NCBI GenBank assembly: GCA_964016885.1
Contig: OZ024750.1
Location: 1,922,001 to 1,986,000, forward strand
From: Eledone cirrhosa
Lineage: Eukaryota
Reading direction: 5' to 3'
Length of the DNA stretch: 64,000 bases
The translations under genes were made by a program, and so were the position numbers. Below are positions 39,558 to 53,850 of the stretch, one piece after another. Position 1 is the stretch's first letter, and every line of letters begins with the position of its first letter. The notes beneath the pieces were generated by a model. That model did no database searches. It was not told the origin of the DNA and saw only the letters and a list, made by a program, of their open reading frames with translations.

Positions 39558-39965
39558 AATATATGTGTATATATATATATTTGTGTATATATATATATAT
39601 ATATACATATTGCGTCTTGTGTGTGTCTGTGTATTTTTCAGGTACTCCCGTTTATATTATACGGGTTCACGTAACAAGATACAACAGGGGTGAACATAAC
39701 ATGAACAAGCATCTAATGAAGCCCCCACCCCACAAAAACCCAACCCCTCTTAACTACTACATATTCTGTGGTGTGTCTATAGGCAGCACTCTGCCTGTTT
39801 GCCGGGACATACATATAAGGCGAGCAAACTTCTCCTGTGATGCTATATTCAGCAGGAGGAGGAAATTCGGGTAAAACTATTTCGAACAGGGAATAAACAT
39901 CATCATCATCATCATGACAATCATTACTATGATAACAACAACAACAATTATTATTATTATTATTA

Positions 39966-40127
39966 GGGCGGTGGATTGGCAGTATCGGTAGAGGGTCGTC
40001 CCTTTACGGATTGAGTTCAAATCCCGCCGAGGTTAACTTTGCCTTTCATCCTTACAGGGTCGATAAAATAAAGTACCAGTAATACACTGAGATAATTGCT
40101 GGCCTTGTGCCAAAAGTAGGAACAATT
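39966..40127 (+). mobile_element. SINE family A with internal deletion
   Basis: Head ggcggtggattggcagtatcggtagagggtcg fused to cctttacg; inserted after (ATT)n. Confidence 0.9.
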
Positions 40128-41276
40128 AATATCAATGTAGAGAAGGGTGTGCTGGGGTGCTGAGATGCTATAAAGAAATCTTACGAACTAGGATGAAGTC
40201 CCTTAAAAGACTGGAAAAGAAGTTGCCATCGGCCCCTATGAAGGATTAGATCCCATATCTCCCAGATACCGACTCTGTGTTTATTATGATTACAGCCGGG
40301 AAAGGTAGGCAGTTTTCCTCTGTCTGGTGGCCGTAACAAAAGGGGTGGTGTGATGGACCAGGTTGTAAGGGCTGAAGACAGACACTTTTCTCTTCGGCCA
40401 ATCCCGCATCAACTATTTCAAATTTTACTTGGAAAAAAATAATAGCTGCAGTCATCATAACTACATATATTGTTGTTGTTCTTATCGTTGTTGCTGAGTA
40501 ACTTAACGAGATACCTTCTATTTAACTTTATCAATAGTTAGACAAGTGTTATTTTACCATTTAGCCTTCTTCAGACAGAGACATGAGGCCACCCGACACC
40601 CAGGTAGGGTCGCAAAGGGTGATACAACTGCAACCTTCAGCTTCCGACTGCATTTGATTATTTATTACGATGGCATGCTAATCATGATCAATGTTTCTAG
40701 CTCAATATATTTGACTGAGTTATACAGTTTATAAACTTATTAATTTGAATTGTAAATTAAGTTTTATTGTCGTTTGATTCCATGAAATTGGTGAGTAATT
40801 GTTAAGCAGACTCTAAAATCCCAAATTGGGAGTACCGTGAAAAGAAAGTGAGCCAAAACGGTGAGAAATGAGGCAAAATGAGGAGATTTTACATAATGAA
40901 AGTTATACCAATTTTTACAAGAGAAAATATCTTTCACCCACCCCAAAGTGGGTGGGAGATCTCCCTGTCGGATGGGGAGGATTGACAGGTCTGGTTAAAC
41001 GAAGTGAGAGCTTAGAGAACAATTAAAGTCGAACCCATTTCTCTTGTTCTATACCCATAAAGCCACACTTGACATATGTGAGTTTCTCACAAAATGTCAA
41101 TTTGTGAAATGCCCTTTGCATTCTTAAAGTATTTCCTTATCAATGTTGAAGTTTTTCAACAGACAACATACAGCCTAGTTAGCAATTTCGGTCTGGCCAA
41201 TATCTCAAACCAGCATCATCAAATAACCTTTCTGTTAACTTCATTACCGATATAGCAGACCATCTAATCAATGAGC

Positions 41277-41362
<86 letters not shown>

Positions 41363-41629
41363 CAGACAATATTTAAATCTTCAATTTACTGGGTTGCTTT
41401 ATATAGTTCGACTGATATACACATCTATTCATACAAATCCAGACATCCCTACATGAAATGGCATACATCCATGTATATGTGTCTTCAGATGTTTAAGTAT
41501 TGTGTATGAACATATATATATGTACATACACACATACAGAATCATTGATAAACCAGGTTCAAACTGAAATGTACGCACATCCACACAAACATATTTCAGA
41601 AACGTGCGCCACGCCGCGAGATATAACTA

Positions 41630-42009
41630 CACGGGTCGAATGAAACGTTCGTGTGTTGCCTATGAAGGATTGATGCTAGGGCTGTGAAATCTTGCATACA
41701 TTAATCTCAAATCATCTTATTAATAACTGCATTGTTTCTTTCCAGAGACTATGTAGACAAATTAACCTCATTTTGTCATTTCATGAGAGTATCTTGGTCA
41801 GCCTATGAACTTTTCATAAACTGACTATGAAGGAGTGATGCTAGAGCTGTGAAATCTTGCATGCATTAATCTCAAATCTCCTTATTAATAACTGCATTGT
41901 TTCTTTCCGGGGACTTATATTGAAAAATAAACCTCATTTGGTCATTCCATGAGAGTTTCTTGGTCAGCTTATAAACTCTTCAGCCTATGAACTTTTCAGC
42001 CAGCCCTAG
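41630..42009 (+). mobile_element. Second head-to-tail dimer of the mariner-type MITE
   Basis: Junction gtcagcctatgaacttttcataaactgac, same register as the 23239 dimer. Confidence 0.85.
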
Positions 42010-42965
42010 TACTAATTGAAAAATAATAGATACTGATCAGGGTTCTCTTTAATTAATTGGTTGTTTCTAATTATGGGTAGATTATCAGAAAATCACATCT
42101 TACCTGTCAAAACACACCTGTCGCTGCCATTTGATTTTATAAAATATCAATTTGTGTTATATGAAATATAACAATATCTATTTTATATTATATGAGCATC
42201 ATGATAATTTGTTTAGAAGTTGGTGTAACAAGTCATAAAGAGTTTCCATGAGATACACCTCAGTATAGAACTACAATATGAGTTTCTTATCTAAAATAAG
42301 AAAACTAAAAAGTAAAACATAAAACATAAAAATAAATCTTCGTCGTGTTACCTGGGAATAACAGAGAAAGGAATGAAAGAGAAAAACAAAGAATAAAATA
42401 AAAAATAAATGGAAATAAGATAAACTGAAATAAAATGAATAATATATAAAATAAACAAGAAAAAGAAAGTTAGAAATGGAAAGAAAGGAATAAGGAGAGG
42501 ACAAAGGAAGGAGAGAGGGGTTGGCTTGTAATTACATGGTGTGTGTCTGCATTATCCAGCAACAAGACATATGTACTGTTAAACCTCTAGTCGTTTGACT
42601 GGGAGGTTTTGGGACAGGTTTCATGCAATTGGATTCTCGCAGGGAAGAAAATCACCTGCATAATACTGTTGATAATCATACGGTGTATTAATATCAAAGC
42701 AAATACTTACTGAGTTACGTTTGTCAATGATATGCTAGTCAATGCAAGCTGAGAAGTCAGGTGAGTAACAGGGAAGAAGGAGAGGAGGAAATAGAGAGCT
42801 AAAATTGGTGCACGTTGCAGTCATCTACTAATGCAATAATGGGTCTAAAAAGGTCCTAACATTTTGTGGATATTCATATCCTCATTAATGGGGCCAGACT
42901 TAGATGGGTCAGCTACTGGATACAATAGTTCAATACTAGCTAGAAAGACAGAAATAGATCTATAC

Positions 42966-43283
42966 CAGGGGTGTGCAACATATTCCATTGGCGGGGGGCC
43001 ACTTTTGAACATTGGAACAACTATTAAGGCCATTAATATTTATTAAGTACTATTCCAAAGATTCACCACAACTTCTTTCCATAACATGGAACTGGGAAAC
43101 TATAGCAAACATAACCCTATCAGTGAAGCCCTTTAGTATAGGTCAACTAACAGAAGTATTACGGTTACAAAAATAATTCTAAATAAGCCTATAAGGTAAA
43201 AATTAAAAACGGTCATCGCGGACCACTCTGATTGGTCTGACGGACAGGATTGTGGCCCGCGGGTCGCCTGTTACACACCCCTT
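42966..43283. mobile_element. hAT (Charlie-like) MITE
   Basis: TIR caggggtgtgcaac / gttacacacccctt; perfect 8-bp TSD atctatac. Confidence 0.9.
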
Positions 43284-43298
43284 ATCTATACTATAGTC

Positions 43299-43702
43299 CA
43301 GTGCTTCCCAAACTTTTTTTTTTTTACTCACGGCGTATGTTTGAAAAAGTAAAAATATGTTGCTGCACTTCGTACCATAAATTCGAAAATTTATTCAAGA
43401 GTATTTCATACTTATTAGTATAACATCGAGTTGGTAGTTTGTGTTATTTTTAGCAAATCGTATTACTAAGTTTTCTTGTTTGCCACTTTCTCGGATTTAT
43501 ATGAAATTTCATACGAATTTCAGTTTATATTTTTCACATCTTAAAACTTAATCTTAGTCTTTTGCGGTGCATCTACACGGGTCGGCTGAAACGTTTATAG
43601 GCTGACTAAGATACTCTCATGGAATGACCAAATGAGGTTTGTTTTTCAGTATAATCTCTGAAAAGAAACAATGCATATATATGTGTGTGTGTATATATAC
43701 AT

Positions 43703-43795
<93 letters not shown>

Positions 43796-44470
43796 AAAGA
43801 GTCGGGGTCCTGACTCTTTTCCTATTACCCACTCTACTACCCATAATATCGAGTATGGTGCGTTTTGGTCCACCTGGTTCCTTACCACACTTCCTTTGTT
43901 ATATATATATATATATCAATGCTAGGTGATGAGTCCTCTTACTCTGCAGTTTCAAATATGTACTCACGACAGTGGCCACGCGATTTGTATAGTGAGAAGC
44001 AATAGAGGGAGAAAGTGAGAGAATGAATTCTTATTCCCTATAACAACAAGTTACATACTCTTCTTCTCAAGTTTATAACATCATAGTTATATTGTGTACG
44101 TAAAGTATGGTGTAAAATAAAGAAAGATTGTTTACTCTGCTGTATTTAGAACCGAAGTGAAAAAGCATTGTAGATAAAGTTATAAATAGGGCCTCACAAG
44201 ATATGATGCAACAGGCAGCGAAACATAACAACATATAAAACGAATGGTTACGTCATTTGAAACAAAATGGTGGCTAATGGTTGACAATACCTTCTATATG
44301 TCTGTTTTGATTAAAATTACTCTCCAGTCACGGTTGTTGAAGATCTCTTCGTAGCACAACCATGTCTTCTACATAGTCTTTCTCCTTGTCGTAAGTTTCT
44401 TACGGAAGCTGTATTGACATTTGTCTATTTTTGTTGCGGCACACCTGGCTTCACCTGGCTTAATTAGTGA
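43299..44470. mobile_element. Decayed hAT element interrupted by other repeats
   Basis: Starts cagtgcttcccaaac; minus-strand 44185-44230 resembles the LP.A.SYLCE dimerisation motif; interrupted by a mariner MITE fragment and (TA)n. Confidence 0.35.
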
Positions 44471-44664
44471 TGACAACTGTGCATTAGGATTGTTGATATT
44501 TTTGGTAATTCTATAAATATATTAGCCTTGAATCATTAGAAGTATTAGAAAGAAAAGGAACGTGTGTGTGATGCCTGTATGTAAGAGGTTGTCACACACA
44601 CACAGACACACACGCACGTACACACACGCACGTACACACACACACACGCACACAAATACACACA

Positions 44665-44731
<67 letters not shown>

Positions 44732-44771
44732 GCACACATACACACGCACAAGCACACACACATATGAATTA

Positions 44772-44970
44772 GGAGGGTCGGCTGAAAAGTTCACAGGGCT
44801 GACCAAGATCCTCTCATGGAATAACCAAATGAGGTTTAATGTTCAACATAGTCTCTGGAAAGAAACAATGTAATTATTAATCAGAACAATTGAAATTAAT
44901 GCATGTAAGATTTCACACCTCTAGCATCAATCCTTTATAGTCAGCCTATGACCCTTCCAACCAACCCTCA
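44772..44970 (-). mobile_element. Mariner-type MITE
   Basis: Reverse orientation of 11790-11987. Confidence 0.8.
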
Positions 44971-46141
44971 TAGTTATTTGTGATAACGACTGCTTGTTCC
45001 ACTTAATATAGAGTATATATATATAAAAATATATATATATACATTAGTCTAGGGGAGGGGACCATCTTCCTGCCAAAAAAGGTGTTTACCTCCTTCAGAG
45101 CCGAGTAAGGGGCCTCATAACTTAACTAGCACAGGACCTCATTTGTCCTAAATCCGGCATTGGGCTGGACAATCAAGGTTTAGAGCGTTCTGTCCTCCGC
45201 CCAGCAATCCAAGTCGGACATTAATTTGTCCTCCTTTTCAGGTTCTGACTAAAATAAATATTTTATAAATTACCTCAGATTCTCAAAATAGTGAAAGTTT
45301 TATCTGAATTTATAAAAAAAAAAACTTTAAAGATGCAAATATGGCGATTTTGTTCTCTTTATTCATAATAACGTGAAATATTGCTTTAGAAACACTTTGT
45401 TTAAATGTGATGGCATGTTACACTGGATTTGGGCTTTGTTTTTTATATTTTTACCTAAAAAAGGGGACAATTCTCCACACACACACACCCTTCCCCTCTG
45501 TAGTGTAGAAATCACAAGTTAACACACAAGATGGAAGTCTGCTCTAATCTCAGTCTAGGGTGTTTGGTTTGGTTTGGTTTGGTTTCCTTTGGTTTGGTTT
45601 GCTTTGGTTTGGTGGTTTATCGTTTGTATATTGTTTCGTTGTGTGGTGTGTGTGGTGTGTGTGTGTGTGTGTATGTACGCGTTTGTGTTAGTGTATGTGT
45701 GCACGCGCGTGTGTGTGCATGTTGTGTGTGTGTTTGTCATTGCGTGTTTGTATGCGTTTGCGAGTATGTGTGATAGTGTGTGTCTGTATGTGTATTTGTG
45801 TGTGTTTGAGTATGCATTTATGTGTGTATATGTGGTTGTGTGTTGTTGTTGTTGTTCCAAGCTTCTAAAGAAATACTAAAAGAAAAAATAAGCGAAAAAA
45901 AATTGGTTTATTGCTAAAATGGGGAAAGATAACTCGTGTTTCTTTGTTATTTTTTATTTTGTTAAATGAAATACTTTGTGGTATTTGTTCCATCTCTGAG
46001 TTCAAATCCCACCGAGGTCAACTTTGCCTTACATCCTTTCGAGGTCGATGACAAAAGTACCTGTCTTGTACTGGGGTTTATTCTTCCTCTATATCTCTTC
46101 CCCACAGCCTCCCAACCCTCTCTCTCTCTCTCTCTCTCACA

Positions 46142-46193
<52 letters not shown>

Positions 46194-46322
46194 TTCGAAG
46201 AAGAAGAAAAAGAAGAAATTGGATGTCTTAAGACCTGGAAAGTGATGGTCTATGCCAGGTTTAAAATACTCAAGACGGTGTGTTATGGCGGCACCCTTAC
46301 AACTTCATCATATACATACGGG

Positions 46323-46478
<156 letters not shown>

Positions 46479-46502
46479 TGAGAATCCAAGTCTTTAGCTT
46501 TC

Positions 46503-46860
46503 ACATTACTCTATATATACTATTGTATTTTCACAGTAAAGGCTTTACCTCACATAATATCTCACATAACATTTACATTACTCTATATATACTATTGTAT
46601 TTTCACAGTAAAGGCTTTACCTCACATAATATCTCACATAACATTTACATTACTCTATATATACTATTGTATTTTCACAGTAAAGGCTTTACCTCACATA
46701 ATATCTCACATAACATTTACATTACTCTATATATACTATTGTATTGTCACAGTAAAGGCTTTACCTCACATAATATCTCACATAACATTTACATTACTCT
46801 ATATATACTATTGTGTTTTCATAGTAAAGGCTTTACCTCACATAATATCTCACATAATAT
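46503..46860. repeat. 72-bp tandem repeat, 5 copies
   Basis: 24-aa period ITLYILLYFHSKGFTSHNISHNIY in the ORF track; unit starts acattactctatatatac. Confidence 0.95.
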
Positions 46861-47810
46861 TGAATCTACGAGATTTTGATATTATTTATTTTGGGAACAA
46901 TACCAAAATGTCAATATGAGTGGCCACTTACAGCCGGTTTGAATAGAAAGAGGTGAGAAAATTCTGGCCGGATATGGTTGGTTTAAATGCTAAAGGGTTA
47001 AACAATGAAAAACACAACAGTGTTTATCAAATTGTTTTCAAAGGTAGGTGATGAAATATCCAACAATAAAGTGTGGTAGTGTTCTGGAGATGAAGGAAAT
47101 AGCTGTGAATCACCAGAGATCTATTTTATTCTTCCCTGTTCACTCTTCGATTGTTCTCAGGCCTCTATTGTACTCTAGAGACTTGTTCAGCATAATTCCA
47201 GTATTTAAACTGACTGGACAGAAAAATTGAGGGAAGTGTAAACGATTGTTTTATTTTAGAAGGAAGGAGGTTTAACAGTGAGCATGGAGTTTAGCCTGTT
47301 TGCCTCTGATGTGTTTAGGAAGTGTTTAACAGAGTTAATGATTTTCCATGGAAGAGTCATAAAGTACTTTAGTGACAGGTACGACTTCTCTGAAAAACAA
47401 CTTTTATAATAAATGACCAGAACTTAACATGAGCTCTACATTGTGAGGAATTATGTGATATAGTCCAGGTTTATCACGTTCAGAATATTGGTTTCTGATG
47501 TAGGCTCAAGTCCAAAATTTTGGGAGAAGGTGAAAGTCGATTAAATCGAACCAGTGCATTACAGGTATTTTATTCTATTGACTCCGTAAGTAAAGCTAAC
47601 TTCGGCAGGGTTTGAACTCAGATCGTAAAGGGCTGTAATGTCACTTTCAAGATATTAATATGACTAAATCATACAATATGCTATATACATATATATATAT
47701 TTATATATATAGATACACTAGACTAAATACCGTCGTGACATTTTATCCGGCGCTCTACCAATTCTGTCATTCCACCAACCACAAAACGTGTATTATTATC
47801 TGCGTCATAA

Positions 47811-47997
47811 TTGTTTTGTTATTTTTTTAACACAAGGCCAGCAATTATCCCAGTACATTACTGGTACTTTATTTTATCGACCCCGTAAGGATGAAAGGTA
47901 AAGTTAACCTCGGCGGGATTTGAACTCGGACCGTAAAGGGCCGTAACTCTATGTTGCAAAGCATGGCGTCCGAGCCTCTACTGCCAATCCACTGCCC
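47811..47997 (-). mobile_element. SINE family A
   Basis: TSD tatctgc(g/a)tcataat; an older interrupted copy lies at 47490-47780. Confidence 0.9.
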
Positions 47998-48084
47998 TAT
48001 CTGCATCATAATATATAGTAAATAACTTTGAATTTTTTTTTTTTTTTAGTATTATAATTTTGTTTGTGTGAAAGGAAACTGTGA

Positions 48085-48589
48085 GGTTCTCTGTGGAATA
48101 TATCAGCAGTACTGGTCTAGACAACCTAGGGGTTCTCTGTGGAATATATCAGCAGTACTGGTCTAGACAACCTAGGGGTTCTCTGTGGAATATATCAACA
48201 GTACTGGTCTAGACAACCTAGGGGTTCTCTGTGGAATATATCAGCAGTACTGGTCTAGACAACCTAGGGGTTCTCTGTGGAATATATCAGCAGTACTGGT
48301 CTAGACAACCTAGGGGTTCTCTGTGGAATATATCAGCAGTACTGGTCTAGACAACCTAGGGGTTCTCTGTGGAATATATCAGCAGTACTGGTCTAGACAA
48401 CCTAGGGGTTCTCTGTGGAATATATCAACAGTACTGGTCTAGACAACCTAGGGGTTCTCTGTGGAATATATCAGCAGTACTGGTCTAGACAACCTAGGGG
48501 TTCTCTGTGGAATATATCAGCAGTACTGGTCTAGACAACCTAGGGGTTCTCTGTGGAATATATCAGCAGTACTGGTCTAGACAACCTAA
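48085..48589. repeat. 46-bp minisatellite, 11 copies
   Basis: Unit ggttctctgtggaatatatcagcagtactggtctagacaacctagg. Confidence 0.97.
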
Positions 48590-49177
48590 GTTCTCTCCCT
48601 AGAAAAGACAACTTGTCTGACCCGAACCAATTATATGAATTCCTTTACCCATTTAAACACATGATTTCTATATAACATACATATCGACCTACACACAATT
48701 ACAAATTAAATACTTGGACATACACACACACTCACACACACACACACACATACACACTCACTCATACTCTCACAGGCACACACTTACACACACACACTCA
48801 TACACACAGACACACACACTCATACTTTCACACACACTCATACACACACTCACACACACTCATACACACACACATGCTATTAGAAGGAATGATAATTTCG
48901 GATATGACCCAATCCTACTTGTCGTTTTAATAACACCTGACTGAATATAAAGTCGCTTCTCAGGTGAGCGACACAAGCAACGCTACCAATTTGATGGCTT
49001 CCTGGATGAAGACCCTTTCATTAGTACATGCCTAGAGCTATTACTGAACTGTCATGGCGTCATCCATGGTGAACATTGGACGGATTTGCTGGCCGCTGGA
49101 ATTTCTCAAATGGCTGTTGTCTATGGTGAAAATAATGATATACAACAGACAGGGACAGGCTAACTAGTATCGCTTCT

Positions 49178-49179
49178 AC

Positions 49180-49210
<31 letters not shown>

Positions 49211-49345
49211 GGTGGTGGTGGTGGTGGTGGTGGTGATGATGATGATGATGGTTACGATGATGATGATGATGGTGGTGGTGGTGGTGGTGGTGGTGGTGGT
49301 GGTGGTGGTGATGATGATGATGGTTACGATGATGATGATGATGAT
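49178..49345. repeat. Compound (GAT)n(GGT)n microsatellite, duplicated block
   Basis: Two GAT-GGT-GAT blocks, each ending ggttac. Confidence 0.9.
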
Positions 49346-49727
49346 TGCTTGTTAGCGTACTCATCACACATATACACACATAAATACACACATACTTACT
49401 GACTATACGTACATACACAGAAACATCAGATATATAAATGCTAACTCTCTCTCTCGCGCGCGCACACACACTTACATACACACACATATACATGCATACA
49501 TACACACAAGCATACACACTTGTCTGCTGACCACATGTACAGGTACAGATACATCACAGACATACAAATACTAACATTCACGCATACATACACACATACA
49601 CATACATACATACATAAACACACGCATACATACACACATACACACATACACACACAAACTCACGCATACTTATACACACCTACTGACCACACGTACATAC
49701 ACAGAAACATCAGACATAAATGCTAAC

Positions 49728-49783
<56 letters not shown>

Positions 49784-50554
49784 ACATGCACGTACATACA
49801 CACAACCCAAGCATACATACACACAACACAAGCATACACATACTAACGCTCACACAAAATTAGTTGGCAGCAATGAAAAAAATATACAAAAAACATTACG
49901 CTTTTCTTTTTTTCTTTCTCATCCCATACATACACATACACAGAGCAGTACATACACATACACATATCGTACATATACATACACAGAGCAGTACATACAC
50001 ATACAGATATTGGTAGATAAACATATACATACACATATCGGTACATACACATACACATATGGACATAATGTAATAAAATACATAGTTTTTCTATCGCAAA
50101 TACATTTACACACTTTTACATATACACACACACAAACACAAAAACAGATTATCTTCTAATTGTCTCACACCACTCCCCTGTCAGATATGTGTGGCTCTGT
50201 TACTCTTAAGGGAGTTATAGAGGTGCCACGTTGACATATGACGTTCCGGTTTATTTTAAAACCTGGTGGAGCCCTTCCTCCTCTCCATGTCCGAATACAG
50301 CAGACTTCATCCAGTGAAGGATAGAGAGTGAGAGAAAGAAAGTGAGAAAGAGATGTAGAGGAAGAATCGACCCCAGTAGTAAACTGGTACTTTTTTTATC
50401 GACCTCGAATGGATGAAAGGCAAAGTTGACCTCGGCAGGATTTGAACTTGGAGAGCAGAAAGCTGAAATGAATACTGCAAAGTATTTTATCTGTTGTTGT
50501 AATGACTCTTCTAATTCACTGCCTTTTTATCAGATATACACTCGCTTGAGGGGG

Positions 50555-50892
50555 GTTTCTTCTCTGAAGACCCTCCATTGTCCAGCTCTATTGAGAGTTT
50601 CTTCTCTGAAGACCTTCTGCTGTCCAGCTCTACTGAGAGTTTCTTCTCTGAAGACCTTCTGCTGTCCAGCTCTATTGAGAGTTTCTTCTCTGGAGACCTT
50701 CTGCTGTCCAGCTCTATTGAGAGTTTCTTCTCTGGAGACCTTCTGCTGTCCAGCTCTACTGAGTGTTTCTTCTCTGAATATCTTCTGCTGTCCAGCTCTA
50801 TTGAGTGTTTCTTCTCTGAATATCTTCTGCTGTCCAGCTCTATTGAGTGTTTCTTCTCTGAATATCTTCTGCTGTCCAGCTCTAATGAGAGT
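50555..50892. repeat. 42-bp tandem repeat, 8 copies
   Basis: Unit gtttcttctctgaagaccttctgctgtccagctctattgaga with polarised variants. Confidence 0.95.
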
Positions 50893-51344
50893 ATCTTACC
50901 ACTAACCACTGTTATATGTTTTCCTCACGAAATACGTATTTCTATTTAATTATTTTTCTTCTTATGTTTTCCAGCATTTGATAAGAACTTTCAGTCTGAT
51001 GGAAATTTATTGGGCTGCAAAAGGAAATAAAACTGATAGTAAATTAATTCGAAATTAATTAGAGTTAATTAGCCCTTCTCTAACAGTATTTCTATTTCAA
51101 TTAATTAATGAAGAATGTTGAGGGATTTACTGGAATTATTAAATATTTCATTACTCAGACAGTAACTTAAAATATGATCCTTATACAAAATTATGTTGAA
51201 AAATTGCTATTGTAAATAAGAACCATTTGGAATAGGTGGCGTTGTTTCATAGAACCAAAGCTGTTTTTGACTGGGTTGACATCTAAATGGTTAAATAATA
51301 CTACTGGACATGTCATCTACTACTCCAAGAATTTAGAAAATGTA

Positions 51345-51386
51345 TAAAAAAAAACACAAGAAAATAAAATTTGTAAAGGTTTTATT
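51345..51386 (-). promoter_or_regulatory. Candidate polyadenylation signal with downstream U/GU-rich element
   Basis: AATAAA on the minus strand (51381-51386) followed by ttttattttcttgtgttttttttt. Common by chance in AT-rich DNA. Confidence 0.25.
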
Positions 51387-52023
51387 ATTTAAAAAAAAAA
51401 AGCAAAGCAAATTTCACACCATCACTGTATTTTGGGAATGGTTTAGTCACAACCTTACAAGATAATACATTTAGTTGAAATAAAAAAACAAAGATGAAAA
51501 CTAAGAAAATAGCTTCTGGAGAGCTGTAGAGCAGTAAATAAAAATATTTGAATAATTATTTTTTAATGTTCAGAACATTTGGGACAAAGTTTTTCGACAT
51601 ATCTTGTCCCACACTCCACTTCAAAATAAGAATATAAAAAACCTGTGCTCCATCAGGATCAGACAAAGTATATAGCATATATAGAATAGTACATACACTC
51701 CATTCATAAGTCCCATGATCCACACTTGAGGTGTGCATCTGACCTTGAGAAAAACTGATTTACAAACAGATTCATTTCCTGAAATATTGTCTATAACCAA
51801 TATTTTCAAAAGATTGAAAAATACATGATACAAACAATTATAGATCAACTTGAATTAAATCTGAACAAGTAATAACCTGGCTATTATTTATCTATGGAAA
51901 AATACAAACACACTGCAGCACCTAGGGAACATTAAGATCTTATCACCTTCTTGTGTACTTGTGTTGTCCAATTAAAACACATTATTCAAAAGATACTGCC
52001 AAATGTCTAAATAATTTTTTTTT

Positions 52024-52530
52024 TACTTTTGGCACAAGGCCAGCAATTTGAAGGTAAGAAGATATGAAAGACGAATTAATCAACCCCAGTGCATTACTGG
52101 TACTTTATTTTATCGACCCTGTAAGGATGAAAGGTAAAGTTGACCTTGGCAGAATTTGAACTCAGAGAGCAGAGAGACGAAACAAATACCACAAAGCATT
52201 CTATCTGACGTTCTAAATAATCAATCTTAATTATTACAATAATTACCAATATTCTGTTTGTTGTTAGTATAATCAACATCAAGATTAAAACATGAGCTAC
52301 AGCTTCAGAATCAATAATAGTTTCTAATTTTGGCACAAGGCCAGCAATTTCCAGTAAGTGGCAAGTTGGTTATGTCTTCCCTAGTTCTTGACTGGTACTT
52401 TATTTTATCAACCTCAGAAAGATGAAAGTCAAAGATGACTTTGGCAAGATTTGAACACAAATTGTAAAGAGCAAGAACAAATGCTCAAAAGCTTTTTGTC
52501 CGACACCCTAATGATTATGCCAATATACCA
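52024..52530 (-). mobile_element. Two adjacent SINE family A copies, CpG-decayed
   Basis: 52024-52215 and 52315-52530; consensus cctcggcgg appears as ccttggcag and ctttggcaa. Confidence 0.85.
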
Positions 52531-53171
52531 TCGCAGCTTGGGAATTAATGATGTTAATGACATGTTTTTGTAAAATATTTTGTTATTTTATTCAACACAT
52601 TTATAGTGAAGCCTTGGTTATCCAAACACCAACTTATCCAAACAAGATCTCATGGTCTTTTAATTATTCAATTAGCCATACTGTGTAAACTGAATGTGAA
52701 AATAATACTTGTGCTACAATTTCATCCTTGCTTATATTAATTAACACTTGATGTCTTATCACATAAAACCACATTAGCAAGTCATTCTTGAAATATACAA
52801 AACAACACTATGACTGCATCACATTAAAAATTAAAGTCTTTATTCTATCTAATAAGTACTGAAAATTTTCACAATGATCTGTCCACCAGTAAAGATGCTA
52901 TAAACATTTGAATAAACAAACTTACTTTTAGATATTTTCTGCTAAATCATTACAGGATATTAAGAGTTAAAAATGAATTTTATTTATGGAAGAATGTTTA
53001 AAACCATTATCGCCAAGAAGTCTTACTAACATAGGTGTGACAATTGCGCCTTTTGTTTATACTGAAGAATTTGTCAATTGATCTGCTAGTTTCATCTTTG
53101 TTGGTCAATTTAAACAGTGTTGAAATAAACTATATATGTAGCCGAGAGATTGGACTTTGAAGCACTGAGAA

Positions 53172-53393
53172 TTAATATAAAGGATGATGTGCTCAGATGC
53201 AGAGATGCTATGAAATAGCTTATAAAATAGAGTGAAGACCCTTAAAAGATGGAAAAAAGAAGTTGACATCAGTCACTATGAAAAATTGAACCTCATATCT
53301 CCTGACTTCTTTTTCCATCTTTTAAGGGTCTTCATTCTATTTTATAAGCCATTATAGTATCTCTGCACATGAGTACATCATCCTTTATATTAA
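53172..53393. repeat. Fold-back, about 90-bp arms and 40-nt loop
   Basis: ttaatataaaggatgatgt...gaagt / acttc...acatcatcctttatattaa. Confidence 0.93.
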
Positions 53394-53774
53394 GTTTTAA
53401 AATAATTTAAACACATGAAAACGACCAACATACTGAAGAATTTAAAACATGCCAAAATTAGTGGCGTTTTCATTGAGTTTATGACTTTCTTCTGAATACC
53501 TAATGATGTAATTGAGTTTGTTGCTGATACCATGTCTGTGAAGAGAAAGCAGGGTGAGCCAGTATGAAAAGTCAGCCAATTATAATTCCCAGATGGAGGT
53601 ATGAAGAATTTAATTTTAACACCATACAGCACTTCATTGTTATGGCTGCTTGATTCAGAGAATCATTGCAGCAATAAAGAAATATTATCTCTGTGACATG
53701 CTGCATATTGTCACCAATCAAGACAAAAGATTGTCAAAATTTATCAAGTACCATCATCGTCACACATGGCCACA

Positions 53775-53811
53775 CCATATATACTCAAATATAAGCCAAG
53801 AAATATGTGAC

Positions 53812-53850
<39 letters not shown>

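Noticed and set aside
49176-49517. Poly-histidine protein
   Set aside because: Translation of a (GAT)/(GGT) microsatellite with no splice or domain context.
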